From: a virus
Length of the DNA stretch: 64,000 bases
IMG/VR virus record: IMGVR_UViG_3300012964_000004
Coordinates: 2,312 to 66,311 of that record
Reading direction: 5' to 3' (one strand)
The notes below the pieces were generated by a model. That model was given only the letters and a program-made list of their open reading frames with translations. It was not told where the DNA came from and did not search any database. Position 1 is the stretch's first letter. Every line of letters starts with the position of its first letter. Below, one piece after another: positions 10,148 to 20,270 of this stretch. A program made the translations under genes and the position numbers.

Positions 10148-10607
10148 AGCGTTACTGATCAAGAACCCCGAGGAAAAAGCAAAGCTGGTCGCCAGGGCAG
10201 GCGCCCATGTACAACAGGCGATTGCTGCGGCTCGAGTGCTGAAGAGTACAGGCGATCTTGAATTTGCCGCGTGGCTGGCTCAGCAACCTGTAGTAACGAT
10301 TACTTCACCTGGAAAACCTGTCACGATCAATCGAGATGGCGTGATCCAATCTGTGCTGGAAGATGAAGTCATTCGCATCCGCAACAAGAAATGGGTGCTG
10401 CCGCCTGGAATTCCAGTGGATGTGCCCAAGCCTGTGGCAGAAGAGTTCTTTGCCAGACAGAAGATCAGACAAGAGACCTTGGAGCGCAAGAAAATTTTGA
10501 ATGCCAACGCTCCGATGGATAATACGGTTATGGCACGTAAATGGAATGAGATCAATCAGAAGTTTGGATCTCAGACTGACTTCATGCAATCTGAGGATAG
10601 AGGCTGA
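9816..10607 (+). CDS. hypothetical protein of the structural region
   Basis: 263-aa ORF with an AAAGGCGG RBS; overlaps the previous ORF by 332 bp. Confidence 0.6.
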   Translation: MSRKRSSKIEQAQKEQEVLSSQVRTDGMGEAPVIQDLLSDKFVEGKNTEAMSIALALQQLVRGQNAILSQMQGQGEQISQLQQRMEIIDQDAARWQNDKQKFMEEIQAKSEALLIKNPEEKAKLVARAGAHVQQAIAAARVLKSTGDLEFAAWLAQQPVVTITSPGKPVTINRDGVIQSVLEDEVIRIRNKKWVLPPGIPVDVPKPVAEEFFARQKIRQETLERKKILNANAPMDNTVMARKWNEINQKFGSQTDFMQSEDRG

Positions 10608-10609
10608 CC

Positions 10610-11737
10610 ATGACTCGACCTACTTCAACCCGAGCACAACTGCGTAGAGCGATTGCGATGCGCTTGATGATGCCCTTTGCTCGCAGAATTTCCTACGGTC
10701 ATGCGACTGCGACTGGTGGCTCTACTACCACATTGATCGATACCGTCAACTTGAAGCAGCCACTCAATTATTGGGTTGGACAATGGCTTTTCTTGACTAC
10801 CGCAGATGTGACGCGACGGATCATAGGTTTCAATCCCCTGGTCACCACGCTCTCGCTGGAATATGCGCTGGCGGCAGCTATAATAAATGGTACCGATTAT
10901 GAAATCCATTCAGTTTTCAATGCTCTGGAAATTCATGAAGCTATCAATCAGTCCATCAATGCCAGCTTCCCACTCTTCTTTGAAACTGTGGAAGATGACA
11001 GCCTTGTGATCTGTGAAAATACCATGGAGTATAGTTTAGCCACTATCGTCCCCAGTGTTGGAATTGTGCATGGAGTGGCACTGGAGCGCCCTATTACCCG
11101 AATATATGCAATAGTGGAAAGTTATGAAGAAGGAGAACCTGCAACAGTTACCTTCCAGGGGGATAATTCCACAGCCGATGTTGAAACTGGCTGGAGACTT
11201 TCTTTTTATGATGGCACAGGCAAGGGTCATGAATTTGCCGTCCTGTCCGCAGGGTCGAACACCGTGACGATTGCTCCCCCAAGTATAGTTCCAGTGAATG
11301 GAACTAAAGCCATGCTCTGGGATCCAAATGATCAGCAGCTAGACTGGTATCACATGAAGCATGTGCATTTTGACTCCAAAGAATGGCCTACTAACTTACG
11401 CCTGTATACTCCAATTTATGCCTATCGGGGTAGTCGGTTACGGATCAAGTACAGCACCATGCCACAGGCACTGACCATCGATGCCAGCACCACAGTTGTG
11501 CCTCAAGAATATATTGTTCCTAAGGCGGTTTCCCTCCTATGCAAGACTCGTGTGGGTGATAATCGTGTGGATCGCCAGCGTTACGCAGCCATGGCAGAAG
11601 AATATGAAAAAGAAGCTGAAAATTACAAGAAGATGAACCGCTTCCTGCTACCCGACACCGAATTATGGATGGAGGGCAGTGACTTGCCTGATCAATATGT
11701 CCAAGATCCGCAGGGTGATCCCTTGGGTTGGAGATAA
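10610..11737 (+). CDS. head-tail adaptor / tail tubular A-like protein
   Basis: TRAQLRRAI N-terminus, GTATGG-like motifs, INQSIN and C-terminal P..L......VP..Y pattern; position after the capsid genes. Confidence 0.55.
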   Translation: MTRPTSTRAQLRRAIAMRLMMPFARRISYGHATATGGSTTTLIDTVNLKQPLNYWVGQWLFLTTADVTRRIIGFNPLVTTLSLEYALAAAIINGTDYEIHSVFNALEIHEAINQSINASFPLFFETVEDDSLVICENTMEYSLATIVPSVGIVHGVALERPITRIYAIVESYEEGEPATVTFQGDNSTADVETGWRLSFYDGTGKGHEFAVLSAGSNTVTIAPPSIVPVNGTKAMLWDPNDQQLDWYHMKHVHFDSKEWPTNLRLYTPIYAYRGSRLRIKYSTMPQALTIDASTTVVPQEYIVPKAVSLLCKTRVGDNRVDRQRYAAMAEEYEKEAENYKKMNRFLLPDTELWMEGSDLPDQYVQDPQGDPLGWR

Positions 11738-11740
11738 AAC

Positions 11741-13786
11741 ATGGATACATCTGAGGACATCCAACTTGCAGGCCGTCCTTACCGCATTGACATCACTTCC
11801 TACCGCGATAAAGATCTAGCCGATTTCTCACCCCGCGCTTCTGTCCCAGGTGGATCCATTTCACAATCTGAACTCATGCTCTATCAGCCGCTGAACCTCA
11901 CGGACTGGCGGCACGGCATCGGCTTTCAATGGCACACGGACGCGATGGGCTATATGTATTCAATGGGCAACATCGACACCCGCCAGCCTGGGATCGCTAT
12001 GCTGTTCACCTCGCCAACTGCAATCCAAGATACAGGCGACACAGTGGGAACCAAGATCGGCATGTGCTTGTTCAACAGCGCGATGTATACCTGGGGTTCG
12101 ACAGGCCTGCGCAAATGGGATGGAGCTACTTGGACTTCCATATACAGTGCGGGTGCAGTGAATTGTGTTCTGCCCACAGGTGATTATCTTTTCTTCTGTC
12201 CAAATAATGGGCGCATCCAGAAGATGGATACCAATGGCAACATCACCAATGCAGGTTTGGATATTTATGCAGGCGACTACAAGTGGCTTTGCATTCACAA
12301 AGGCTACATCTATGCGGGCAAGGATGGAGAACGGCGCATCCATTACGCTTCAGAAGAAGATCTATCCGATCTGGAGGGCGGCGGGCCTAAGGATGGAGAG
12401 AACGAAGATGCTGCCCTGATCAATGTGGGTGCAGGTAAGTTTCCAACCCTGGGAGCTACCTCTTACGGACAGGAATTATTTATCTTCCGCAAGGATGGTG
12501 TATGGGTGCTTGGCTCAGACAACATCGCCCGCCGCATTCTGGATTATAGTAGCGAGTCCAGCGACGATAACTTCAAGGGCTACTGCATTTTCAATGGTTA
12601 TTTATATTTCTCGGTGCGCAACAAGATTTTCCAGTGGAACGGTTCCCGTCTGGTGGATGTCACCCCACCCAGAATTACGGATCAATTTCCTTACTCTGAA
12701 ATCAAGACGATCGGCCCGATGCTAACTGCCAACAATTTCTTGTACATGCTGGCCAACTGGGAACATCAGCCGATCACTACCGAATATGTCGGTTATTATG
12801 GCTCGGGCACATTCACTTCGCTGTTTTGCTATGATGGTGTAGGCTGGCACAAATTGGCTGATTTGGTTTACAGTGATGGCCTGCCTGGAACCAGTTGCAT
12901 GTGCTATGACGGCGACAACAACAAGTTATACTTTTCGATCGGCAACTCTGTGGCTGCCAGTCGTTATGATGGTTACTTCGCCATGGGAACGACAAACCTG
13001 CCATCTGCACCCTACCAGACGGGTGCGGGTACCAACGTCCTGCTCAGCAGCCGCCTGGACATGGGCTTCCGCAGGGTGAAGAAATTCTCGCCGAGCCTCA
13101 TGATCGAGGCCTCCAACATTTATTATGATCCTGTCAATACTAGCTCGAACCATTATCTGAAACTTTATGCCATCTTTGGCGTCGGCGAGAATGATTTGGG
13201 CGTGGATGAATTGGCTTATGTTTTCCTGGGGGACGTGATCCACAATGGCATCAACGAAATTTACCTGCCTGGGATTTCTCTTATAGGTTTCCCTATGGCT
13301 CACGTAAGAGGCGCACCTCGTTTGGGTATAATCCCAGGCGTGGAAATGCCAAGTCAACGGTATATTGATGTGATCAGACCAGCGCATAGTGTGGTCAAGC
13401 CGTTTGTCTCTACTTATAACTATGTCATCCTGCTGGTTGAATTCATTACAGAGGACAATACAGAGTCACCAATTCTGGAAGGCCTGACGATGCGCTTCCT
13501 GTTGCGTCCGAATGTGTTCTATGGTTACAACTTCAATGTGGTTGCCGCCGACAACATGGTATATGGCGACACTATAGACACTCGCACAGCCACCCAGATT
13601 GTGGCCGAACTCAAAGCAATCCGCGACTCAAAAGTGCCTGTCGATTTCGTGGACATCTATGGCAATACTGTTCAGGTGTATGTCAGTTCCGTTACCAATC
13701 AAGGTATAGAGCGCCACGAAAACCATGAGAATGAAATGCACAGCATTGAGAGCTTTGTCAATCTGAACCTTGTGGAATGTAAATAA
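11741..13786 (+). CDS. tail nozzle / tail tubular B-like beta-propeller protein
   Basis: 681 aa with repeated F/Y-x-W-D/N-G propeller blades; follows the adaptor. Confidence 0.55.
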   Translation: MDTSEDIQLAGRPYRIDITSYRDKDLADFSPRASVPGGSISQSELMLYQPLNLTDWRHGIGFQWHTDAMGYMYSMGNIDTRQPGIAMLFTSPTAIQDTGDTVGTKIGMCLFNSAMYTWGSTGLRKWDGATWTSIYSAGAVNCVLPTGDYLFFCPNNGRIQKMDTNGNITNAGLDIYAGDYKWLCIHKGYIYAGKDGERRIHYASEEDLSDLEGGGPKDGENEDAALINVGAGKFPTLGATSYGQELFIFRKDGVWVLGSDNIARRILDYSSESSDDNFKGYCIFNGYLYFSVRNKIFQWNGSRLVDVTPPRITDQFPYSEIKTIGPMLTANNFLYMLANWEHQPITTEYVGYYGSGTFTSLFCYDGVGWHKLADLVYSDGLPGTSCMCYDGDNNKLYFSIGNSVAASRYDGYFAMGTTNLPSAPYQTGAGTNVLLSSRLDMGFRRVKKFSPSLMIEASNIYYDPVNTSSNHYLKLYAIFGVGENDLGVDELAYVFLGDVIHNGINEIYLPGISLIGFPMAHVRGAPRLGIIPGVEMPSQRYIDVIRPAHSVVKPFVSTYNYVILLVEFITEDNTESPILEGLTMRFLLRPNVFYGYNFNVVAADNMVYGDTIDTRTATQIVAELKAIRDSKVPVDFVDIYGNTVQVYVSSVTNQGIERHENHENEMHSIESFVNLNLVECK

Positions 13787-14484
13787 TGCCTATCAGTCGT
13801 ATTCGCACCCCACGCTACATCAGTCCAAGCAAAGTGGGCAAGCGTAAGCGCATCCATATCCCACAGCCAGAAGAGCGCCCATTGATCTTCCGCGCCAAAG
13901 ATGTGGTGCGTTGGGGTAGCGTCAACTTAGAACCTTGGTGGTTTACGCTGCATCGTCGTGGTGCCAGACGCCCCAATGTGGGTGAAGATCCGCTGGAAGC
14001 GCGGGCTATTTCCAAAAATGCGATCCGTGGCACGCTACCTGAGCGCATCGTCTATCTTTATTTGGTAGAAAGATTACGGTTCAGGCCAAACATAGACTTT
14101 GATTTTCAAAGTTCACTTCAAGGTGGTCGCATGGAGCTTGGCGGCATTGTGGCTGACTTCCTGTTTCCGTTCTTGAAGATCATCATCCAGGTGATGGGGC
14201 CAACCCACAATGATTTTCTGCGCCAAAAGAAAGACATTGAACAGGAAGGCGATCTGACCAATATGGGCTTTCGTGTATTCGTCATCGATGACACCACCAT
14301 CTATGATGAGTATTTGTTCGAGGAATGGATGCGACGTGCCTTTGGCCTGGCCAATGGTATGGGTGGCTCGAGTGGTGCACATGGATCCTATGAAGCCGAT
14401 ACAGATATGTGGGGATTAGTGCTGCAAAAAATGCAAGTTATTACAATGTCACTCGAGCGAGCCGTGGGAGGTCAACATGGCTGA
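13786..14484 (+). CDS. DUF559/Vsr-like PD-(D/E)xK endonuclease-fold protein
   Basis: TLPERIVY..L...F.FQ......ADFL.....IIQVMGPTH......KD......L..MGFRV. Confidence 0.6.
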   Translation: MPISRIRTPRYISPSKVGKRKRIHIPQPEERPLIFRAKDVVRWGSVNLEPWWFTLHRRGARRPNVGEDPLEARAISKNAIRGTLPERIVYLYLVERLRFRPNIDFDFQSSLQGGRMELGGIVADFLFPFLKIIIQVMGPTHNDFLRQKKDIEQEGDLTNMGFRVFVIDDTTIYDEYLFEEWMRRAFGLANGMGGSSGAHGSYEADTDMWGLVLQKMQVITMSLERAVGGQHG

Positions 14485-15358
14485 CGCACAAGATGTACTG
14501 AACGCCTTGACCAACCTGCAATATTCGGTGGAGTCGCTGCCATCCAAAATTCAAATACCTGCCACCCAAATCAAAATCGTAACAGGTTTATCTGAAATCT
14601 CCGAGGATCTGGGCACTATCTTGGCGGGTGAATTTCGAGCAGGCAACAAGCTGGAACCTGGGAAGGGCTTCTCGGGTATGCGCATGGCCTATCCCGCCAT
14701 GACCTACGGTGATGATCTTTGGAATTTGGTAGGTGTGAATAATGACGCTCTGCAATTTGGCGTGAGCGCAGATGATGGTAAGTTGTATGCAGGCGGAGGT
14801 GCGGTCGTACTGGATGCAACTGGGTTGCGCATTATTGGATCAGGTCTTACTGATCAGACAAAACAACTAAAATTTATTGTTGATGAAGGTGGAACAGAAT
14901 ATAAGACAGGCACAATTCTTGGAGATTATGGATCAAGCGACAATGCTGCGATGTGGATAATCACAAGGGTAACGGCAACGACTCCCTGGAATTCCACTTA
15001 CACAATAATGATGGCGCTTGATGATGTCAATGCTACCGAGGGCCGCCTTTATCTAAGTTCCACGGGTTATGCAAGAATGTATGTATCTTCTTCTGATGTT
15101 CCCATTGTGTGTGAACTCGCACTCAATGCGTTATCAGGAGGAGGGCCTGCCACTGCTTCTCTCACTGCGCCAATAGTCGCACTAAATGGAACTTCGCTTA
15201 TAAGGATGGAAACGCCAGTGACCATCGTAGAAGTCGCTGACTCTCCTGATACACCCACAAGCGGATATGGAGTGCTTTATGTGAAAACAGATGGAAATCT
15301 GTATTTCAAAAATGATGGTGGCACTGAATATAAACTCACCCCAGTACCGAGCACATAA
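14477..15358 (+). CDS. putative tail fibre/spike protein
   Basis: Gly-rich beta repeats and a C-terminal PDTPTSGYGVLYVKTDGNLYFKND fibre-type motif. Confidence 0.55.
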   Translation: MADAQDVLNALTNLQYSVESLPSKIQIPATQIKIVTGLSEISEDLGTILAGEFRAGNKLEPGKGFSGMRMAYPAMTYGDDLWNLVGVNNDALQFGVSADDGKLYAGGGAVVLDATGLRIIGSGLTDQTKQLKFIVDEGGTEYKTGTILGDYGSSDNAAMWIITRVTATTPWNSTYTIMMALDDVNATEGRLYLSSTGYARMYVSSSDVPIVCELALNALSGGGPATASLTAPIVALNGTSLIRMETPVTIVEVADSPDTPTSGYGVLYVKTDGNLYFKNDGGTEYKLTPVPST

Positions 15359-16290
15359 TGAGTTTTCAACTGTACCTGCCTTTTATCGGAAAGGAGATCC
15401 CCATGGCTTACAATCTGGTTATTGATATATCCCGCTGGCAAGTTTATGTTGACTATGCTGCCCTCAAAACGGCAGGCATTGTCAAAGGTGCGGTCGTCAA
15501 GTGTAGCCAGGGCAAAAGCGTCGATGCCCTTTTTGATACTCACGCTCTGGGTTTCACTGAACAGAACCTGCCCATGGCCGTTTACCACTGGTATGATCCC
15601 TACGTGGATGTGAAAACACAACTCGACACTATTCGGTCACAGATTAGCAAATATCCCCAGATCAATGCCGTGGCGATCGATGTCGAACAATACGGCTGGA
15701 CAATTTCTAATCTGATACCGATCAAGGATCCACTCTGGTTGGCAATCAACATTCTCAGCTTGGTCACAGGCGTAATGACCCTGGGTGTAAACGTGATGAT
15801 CTACAGTCGCACGCTGCTGATCATGGAAAAGTTCAAATATCTAGTGATCACCGATCCAGCCAATGCTGCTAGCACCAACTGGCTATACCGCTCGGATCTG
15901 AATTTGATCAAATGGATGGCATCCTATCCATTTGGCAGCGCTGTAATTACCTGCACCTGGGAAGTGCTCATGTCTGGTTGGGCACCCAAGATCTTCTCCC
16001 CCTTCATCGCCAGCACTTGGCCGTCAAGTTACCGTTACTTCGATGCTTGGCAGTGGAGTGGCGACAAATTTGTCCTGCCCCATATCACCAACGCCAATGG
16101 CGGGGGAACGGCCATTGATCTGAATTACTTCAGCGACGAAGCTCTGGCGCGGTTTTCCAAGCCAGCCCTTCCGCCTGCTCCCGATTACAAAATATTGCTG
16201 GAGAATGTGTACAATGAATTAGTAGACTTGAAAGCTCATGATGTGAAAGAACTGGATTACGTCATGGGACTGATCAAGCCAGGAGGGTAG
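15358..16290 (+). CDS. endolysin, glycoside hydrolase family 25
   Basis: IDISRWQ, VKCSQG, YHWY, IDVE, WMASY, WQWS and DLNYF GH25 motifs; alternative start at 15403 with RBS. Confidence 0.85.
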   Translation: MSFQLYLPFIGKEIPMAYNLVIDISRWQVYVDYAALKTAGIVKGAVVKCSQGKSVDALFDTHALGFTEQNLPMAVYHWYDPYVDVKTQLDTIRSQISKYPQINAVAIDVEQYGWTISNLIPIKDPLWLAINILSLVTGVMTLGVNVMIYSRTLLIMEKFKYLVITDPANAASTNWLYRSDLNLIKWMASYPFGSAVITCTWEVLMSGWAPKIFSPFIASTWPSSYRYFDAWQWSGDKFVLPHITNANGGGTAIDLNYFSDEALARFSKPALPPAPDYKILLENVYNELVDLKAHDVKELDYVMGLIKPGG

Positions 16291-16291
16291 T

Positions 16292-16669
16292 ATGGAACCG
16301 TTGCCTTCAGGCTATGCAGTTTGGGTGGATGTTGCCCAGATAATGACCACTGTACTGGCAGCCGCGATCATTATCACAGAATTCTGGAGAACCAGGAAGC
16401 CGAACGGTGGCCACATCGCTGAGCCACTGCTGTTGATTATGTGGATGATGCACACCATCATCTACTATGCGTTTGTATTTCTGTGTAAAGCAGAAGTGAT
16501 CCATATTCAAGACAGTGCTGTGTTCTTCACTTCCTGGTCAGCCACCCTTCGCTTCCATGGCTACACCTCTCTGTTTGTCTTGTCCTTGTTGAAAATCAAC
16601 AAGACCAAGCTCATCAAGAAAGCGAAGGAGGAATTCTTGAATGGATCCAGTGGTAGTGGAACCCCTTAG
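16292..16669 (+). CDS. membrane protein of the lysis cassette
   Basis: Two to three hydrophobic segments; directly after the lysin. Confidence 0.55.
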   Translation: MEPLPSGYAVWVDVAQIMTTVLAAAIIITEFWRTRKPNGGHIAEPLLLIMWMMHTIIYYAFVFLCKAEVIHIQDSAVFFTSWSATLRFHGYTSLFVLSLLKINKTKLIKKAKEEFLNGSSGSGTP

Positions 16670-16973
16670 TATTTGGATCATCGTAGGTGCTTATGTCATT
16701 CCTAGTGCAATCGCCATCGGCACGTTCATCTTGCAAGCCAGAAAAGATAAGCGTGACATTCATCATACTACCCACCAGGACGATCTTGATCAAGGCAAAT
16801 TATCACTGGATATAGCCAAAGAGCTACGGTCTGAAAATGCGGAATTGAAACAGGAGATCAAGATATTGAGAGAGGAAAATCGGTTACTGAATAAACGTGT
16901 GCAGGAACTGGAGACTGAAGTCACGTCCCTGCGGCGATCCCTAGAAAACACTAGACCTAAGAATGGAGGCTAA
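16641..16973 (+). CDS. single-TM plus coiled-coil protein (holin/antiholin-like)
   Basis: N-terminal hydrophobic helix and heptad-rich C-terminus. Confidence 0.55.
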   Translation: MDPVVVEPLSIWIIVGAYVIPSAIAIGTFILQARKDKRDIHHTTHQDDLDQGKLSLDIAKELRSENAELKQEIKILREENRLLNKRVQELETEVTSLRRSLENTRPKNGG

Positions 16974-17304
16974 GATGTTTGACTTCAAAGTATCAGCCGA
17001 GCTTATTGCTGGAGTAGCAGGTGTAATCGTCACCTTGCTGTTCAAATATTTTCCAGGGTTGAATACCTGGTTCGCCAAGAAAACGGAGAACGTAAAACAA
17101 CTCTGGATGCTGATTATAATGGTCATCGTTTCTGCTGGTGTCTTTGGTGGCGGCTGTATTGACTTGTTCAAGATCAACATCGCCTGCTCCCTAGATGGTG
17201 GCTGGCAACTGGTTGGCATTCTAATTACAGGCATTGTGGCCAACCAGGGCGTGTTCAAGATCCTGCCCACACCCAAGAAGGTCAGAGACGCTAAGATCGA
17301 CTGA
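16963..17304 (+). CDS. putative holin
   Basis: Three TM segments and a basic C-terminus at the end of the lysis cassette. Confidence 0.65.
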   Translation: MEAKMFDFKVSAELIAGVAGVIVTLLFKYFPGLNTWFAKKTENVKQLWMLIIMVIVSAGVFGGGCIDLFKINIACSLDGGWQLVGILITGIVANQGVFKILPTPKKVRDAKID

Positions 17305-17863
17305 GACATTGTTCAGCAGCGGCGATCGCCAAGCCGAGTGAGTCGGCCGCGTTCGGGTTCAGATTGATCCAGATGTCCTTGCCAGTTTTATTGGCACTGC
17401 CAAATGCCAGTTTCCTGGCGGTGTTTGGCTGCATATACTTGGTATCGCCATAGTGCTGAACAAACCCATGAGCAAATCCGAAGCGGATTTGCTCTAATAA
17501 AGGTTGACCGACTCTCTCACTGTAAGCAGGCCCTTCCACTCGCACCACATATTTCAATCCCATCTTGAAAATTGCCTGAAGCTGCCAGTCAGCTTTGATC
17601 AGTGAAGAAGCAAGTGCAAATGCTTCGAGACCTGGGAAGTGCAGGAGTTTGGGCAGTGATCCCCACAGGACATAGACCCAGGTCTCGTGTAATATCGTAA
17701 TGCCAAAGTGAATGCCAGGATCCACACCAATGCACACCATGCCAGATAGTTCTGGGATGAGATCTGCATCCATGCGGACTAATTGAAATTGAAACGGATC
17801 TAGTTCACATTTCTGTTTCTTCTTCGGATCGAACTGGATTGTTTCCCAATACTTTTCTAGCAT
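17291..17863 (-). CDS. RuvC-like Holliday junction resolvase
   Basis: IGVDPG, VRVEGP, P.T.RK.AFG and NAADSLGLA RNase H-fold motifs. Confidence 0.7.
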   Translation of the reverse strand: MLEKYWETIQFDPKKKQKCELDPFQFQLVRMDADLIPELSGMVCIGVDPGIHFGITILHETWVYVLWGSLPKLLHFPGLEAFALASSLIKADWQLQAIFKMGLKYVVRVEGPAYSERVGQPLLEQIRFGFAHGFVQHYGDTKYMQPNTARKLAFGSANKTGKDIWINLNPNAADSLGLAIAAAEQCLSRS

Positions 17864-18833
17864 GATAGTCCTCTAATAATCCAAAGAACGGGTTGAACTT
17901 GTCATGATTTCCATCCTGAGCTTGATCGATCAGCTTGCTGATAAAACCAAAACTTTTATCACCAATTTTGACATGGGTGCTGCGCTCGGCCAAACCAAGT
18001 TCAAAACAATCGAACATAGCTGACAACTCCTGGCTGATGCCAAAGTCAGGGATCAGAATGAACTGAAAGCCGCGACCCTTGCCGCCATAGCGCAGCTTCT
18101 CCACCTTGCCTCCCACCCAGAAACCGATGATCTCATCATCGCTGTTCTTGATGGCCTGTTTCTGCCACAGCATTATGCGTGTGTGAGCAATGTATTTCAA
18201 AGTGTCACCCCCTGCAGTGATATGGCCTTGACCACCAATGGCTGAATGCACATGATTGACGATCAAGGCCACACCTGCTTGTTCTTTGGTGATCAGATAG
18301 TTGTTGATCCTGCGCACGAATTGGGCTATAGCATGGGCACGTCTACCCATAAAGGCCTCACCTATGTCGCCTTCGCTTTCAGCCGTAGGCACAAAGGCGC
18401 CGATGCTGTCCAATATAGCGGCGTTAGTAGTCGGACTGGACAGGATGTCGCCAGCCATCTCATTGACCATATCCACATGCTTCCTAGGCTTACCCTTGTC
18501 GATGTTCTCAATCACCTTCACTTTGCCGCGAAAATCTGCGTTGAGCAGCACGCTACGCAGATAGACAGGATCCAGCCCTTCCAGATCGCACAGATCGATG
18601 GTGCCTCGATGAGCTACAGTGCCTGCCAAGTAGTAGGATAAGGTGGATTTGCCGACTTGAGTGTTGCCATAGATCTCTACTACACCGCGCAGAGGTAAAC
18701 CCAGATTGCCAGCGGATGACAGCGCCACGTCCAGCGAGTACAGACCCGTGCGTTTGCGCACGATCTGACCTGCAGGTGCGTCCACATTCACGTCATCCAC
18801 ATATTCAGGTTCTGGAAGTAACTGTTTCTTCAT
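17805..18833 (-). CDS. recA: RecA/UvsX-like recombinase
   Basis: TGLYSLDVAL, VVEIYG..QVGKST, DLE, ILDSIGA, VNH and GG.TLKY motifs. Confidence 0.85.
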   Translation of the reverse strand: MKKQLLPEPEYVDDVNVDAPAGQIVRKRTGLYSLDVALSSAGNLGLPLRGVVEIYGNTQVGKSTLSYYLAGTVAHRGTIDLCDLEGLDPVYLRSVLLNADFRGKVKVIENIDKGKPRKHVDMVNEMAGDILSSPTTNAAILDSIGAFVPTAESEGDIGEAFMGRRAHAIAQFVRRINNYLITKEQAGVALIVNHVHSAIGGQGHITAGGDTLKYIAHTRIMLWQKQAIKNSDDEIIGFWVGGKVEKLRYGGKGRGFQFILIPDFGISQELSAMFDCFELGLAERSTHVKIGDKSFGFISKLIDQAQDGNHDKFNPFFGLLEDYHARKVLGNNPVRSEEETEM

Positions 18834-18834
18834 C

Positions 18835-19515
18835 TCATTTCTCCAATATGCCTGCTGAACTGACCACCCGATCGATGGCAGCTTTGATCAAGTCATTCTT
18901 GTTGTAATCCTTGACGGTCAGAGCGCCAAAATTGACCTGGGTGTCGCCCCTACGAGCAGTCAATATACCGTTGCGCACATTGATTTCCAAGACTAATGCG
19001 GAGTGGCTGGAAGTTTGCTGGCCTCTGGCCTCGCGCACAATCTCACGGATCTCATGTGGGGTAGTCGCATCCACCACCTTATCCCAATCCAGATTTTCCT
19101 CTCGAGCCGCAGCAGTTAGCAAGATCAAAGAACGGATTGGCTTATCTTCCAGAGCATCCTTGATTGAGTCTGGGATTTGTGGGTTGGCAAAGATCGAACT
19201 CCACAGCGCAACATATTTATTGGTGGTGCCCGCAGCTACACCCATCTCTGCGTAGATCACATCCACGAACTCATCATCTATGCCTGCAGCCTGAAACAAT
19301 TCCCACTTCTCCTGCAGGCGATATAGTAACTTGGCCAATGCCAGACCCGATGCTTGCATTTGCCTGCGCAGCGCACGGCCAAAAGTCATCGCTGGCGTCA
19401 AGTCCCCCTGTGCTACAGCGGCTTCAATCGCAGCATCCACCATGTTGAGCACGTCCTTATCGGACGGACGCAGGCGGACAGCAGTATCAATCCCATTACC
19501 AAGTGGTTCAGACAT
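18835..19515 (-). CDS. hypothetical protein
   Basis: 226-aa ORF tightly packed in the replication operon. Confidence 0.6.
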   Translation of the reverse strand: MSEPLGNGIDTAVRLRPSDKDVLNMVDAAIEAAVAQGDLTPAMTFGRALRRQMQASGLALAKLLYRLQEKWELFQAAGIDDEFVDVIYAEMGVAAGTTNKYVALWSSIFANPQIPDSIKDALEDKPIRSLILLTAAAREENLDWDKVVDATTPHEIREIVREARGQQTSSHSALVLEINVRNGILTARRGDTQVNFGALTVKDYNKNDLIKAAIDRVVSSAGILEK

Positions 19516-20038
19516 GGGGGTACACCTTTATTCCTTTCAGAATTCGACTGAACACATATAATCCGTGACGAATTTCGCCAACGGTGGAGTGAAACACAAT
19601 GGCTGGATTAGGTAGAAACATGCACATATAGGGAAAACCGAGCACAGGGACAGCATCGAAGATGATCCCTGAGATCGAAGTAACAGGTGGCATGTTGAAG
19701 AGCGGCGGGATTTCGCTGCCCAAAAACAGCACACCCTTGCGGGGAATTTCCAATTCTTTCATCAAAGCTGATACCCCCATGTTGAGACAATGGTTGTAAT
19801 TGTAATCTTTGTTATCCAATGGGCGATGTAACCACAAATTAGTAACACGACAACGCCCGATGATGATGCCAGCTACAGCTAATTCGTAACGTAATACATC
19901 GCCTGTCTTGCCCACGAAGGGCAAGCCCGTCATAACTTCTTCATCGCCAGGGAATTCACCCACGATGAGGACATCAGCATCGACCGCGCCGTTAGGCGAC
20001 ACCAGCAGATGGCCACAATGTGGACAGGCTTCACGCAT
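19508..20038 (-). CDS. uracil-DNA glycosylase family 4-like protein
   Basis: IVGEFPGDEE..G.PFVGKTG..L, VTN and PNPA motifs. Confidence 0.8.
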   Translation of the reverse strand: MREACPHCGHLLVSPNGAVDADVLIVGEFPGDEEVMTGLPFVGKTGDVLRYELAVAGIIIGRCRVTNLWLHRPLDNKDYNYNHCLNMGVSALMKELEIPRKGVLFLGSEIPPLFNMPPVTSISGIIFDAVPVLGFPYMCMFLPNPAIVFHSTVGEIRHGLYVFSRILKGIKVYPHV

Positions 20039-20270
20039 GAGTCACCTCCGTTGGATCATAGAACCACAGGCCTGTGTTGAAAGGCGGGGGATCTAACAAG
20101 GACTTGGGTGTTAGACAATGGCGGACAGGTCTTTGGGTCATTCGATTTAGCTCATGCCTGATTACGACATACTGCCTGCCATCCTCAATCATCACACCCT
20201 GCATTATTCCTACACCATTTGGCGTTTCAATTTCATCGTTGACTTTGAATTGCTTGATGTTAGCGTTCAT
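20031..20270 (-). CDS. hypothetical protein
   Basis: 79-aa ORF overlapping both neighbours. Confidence 0.5.
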   Translation of the reverse strand: MNANIKQFKVNDEIETPNGVGIMQGVMIEDGRQYVVIRHELNRMTQRPVRHCLTPKSLLDPPPFNTGLWFYDPTEVTHA

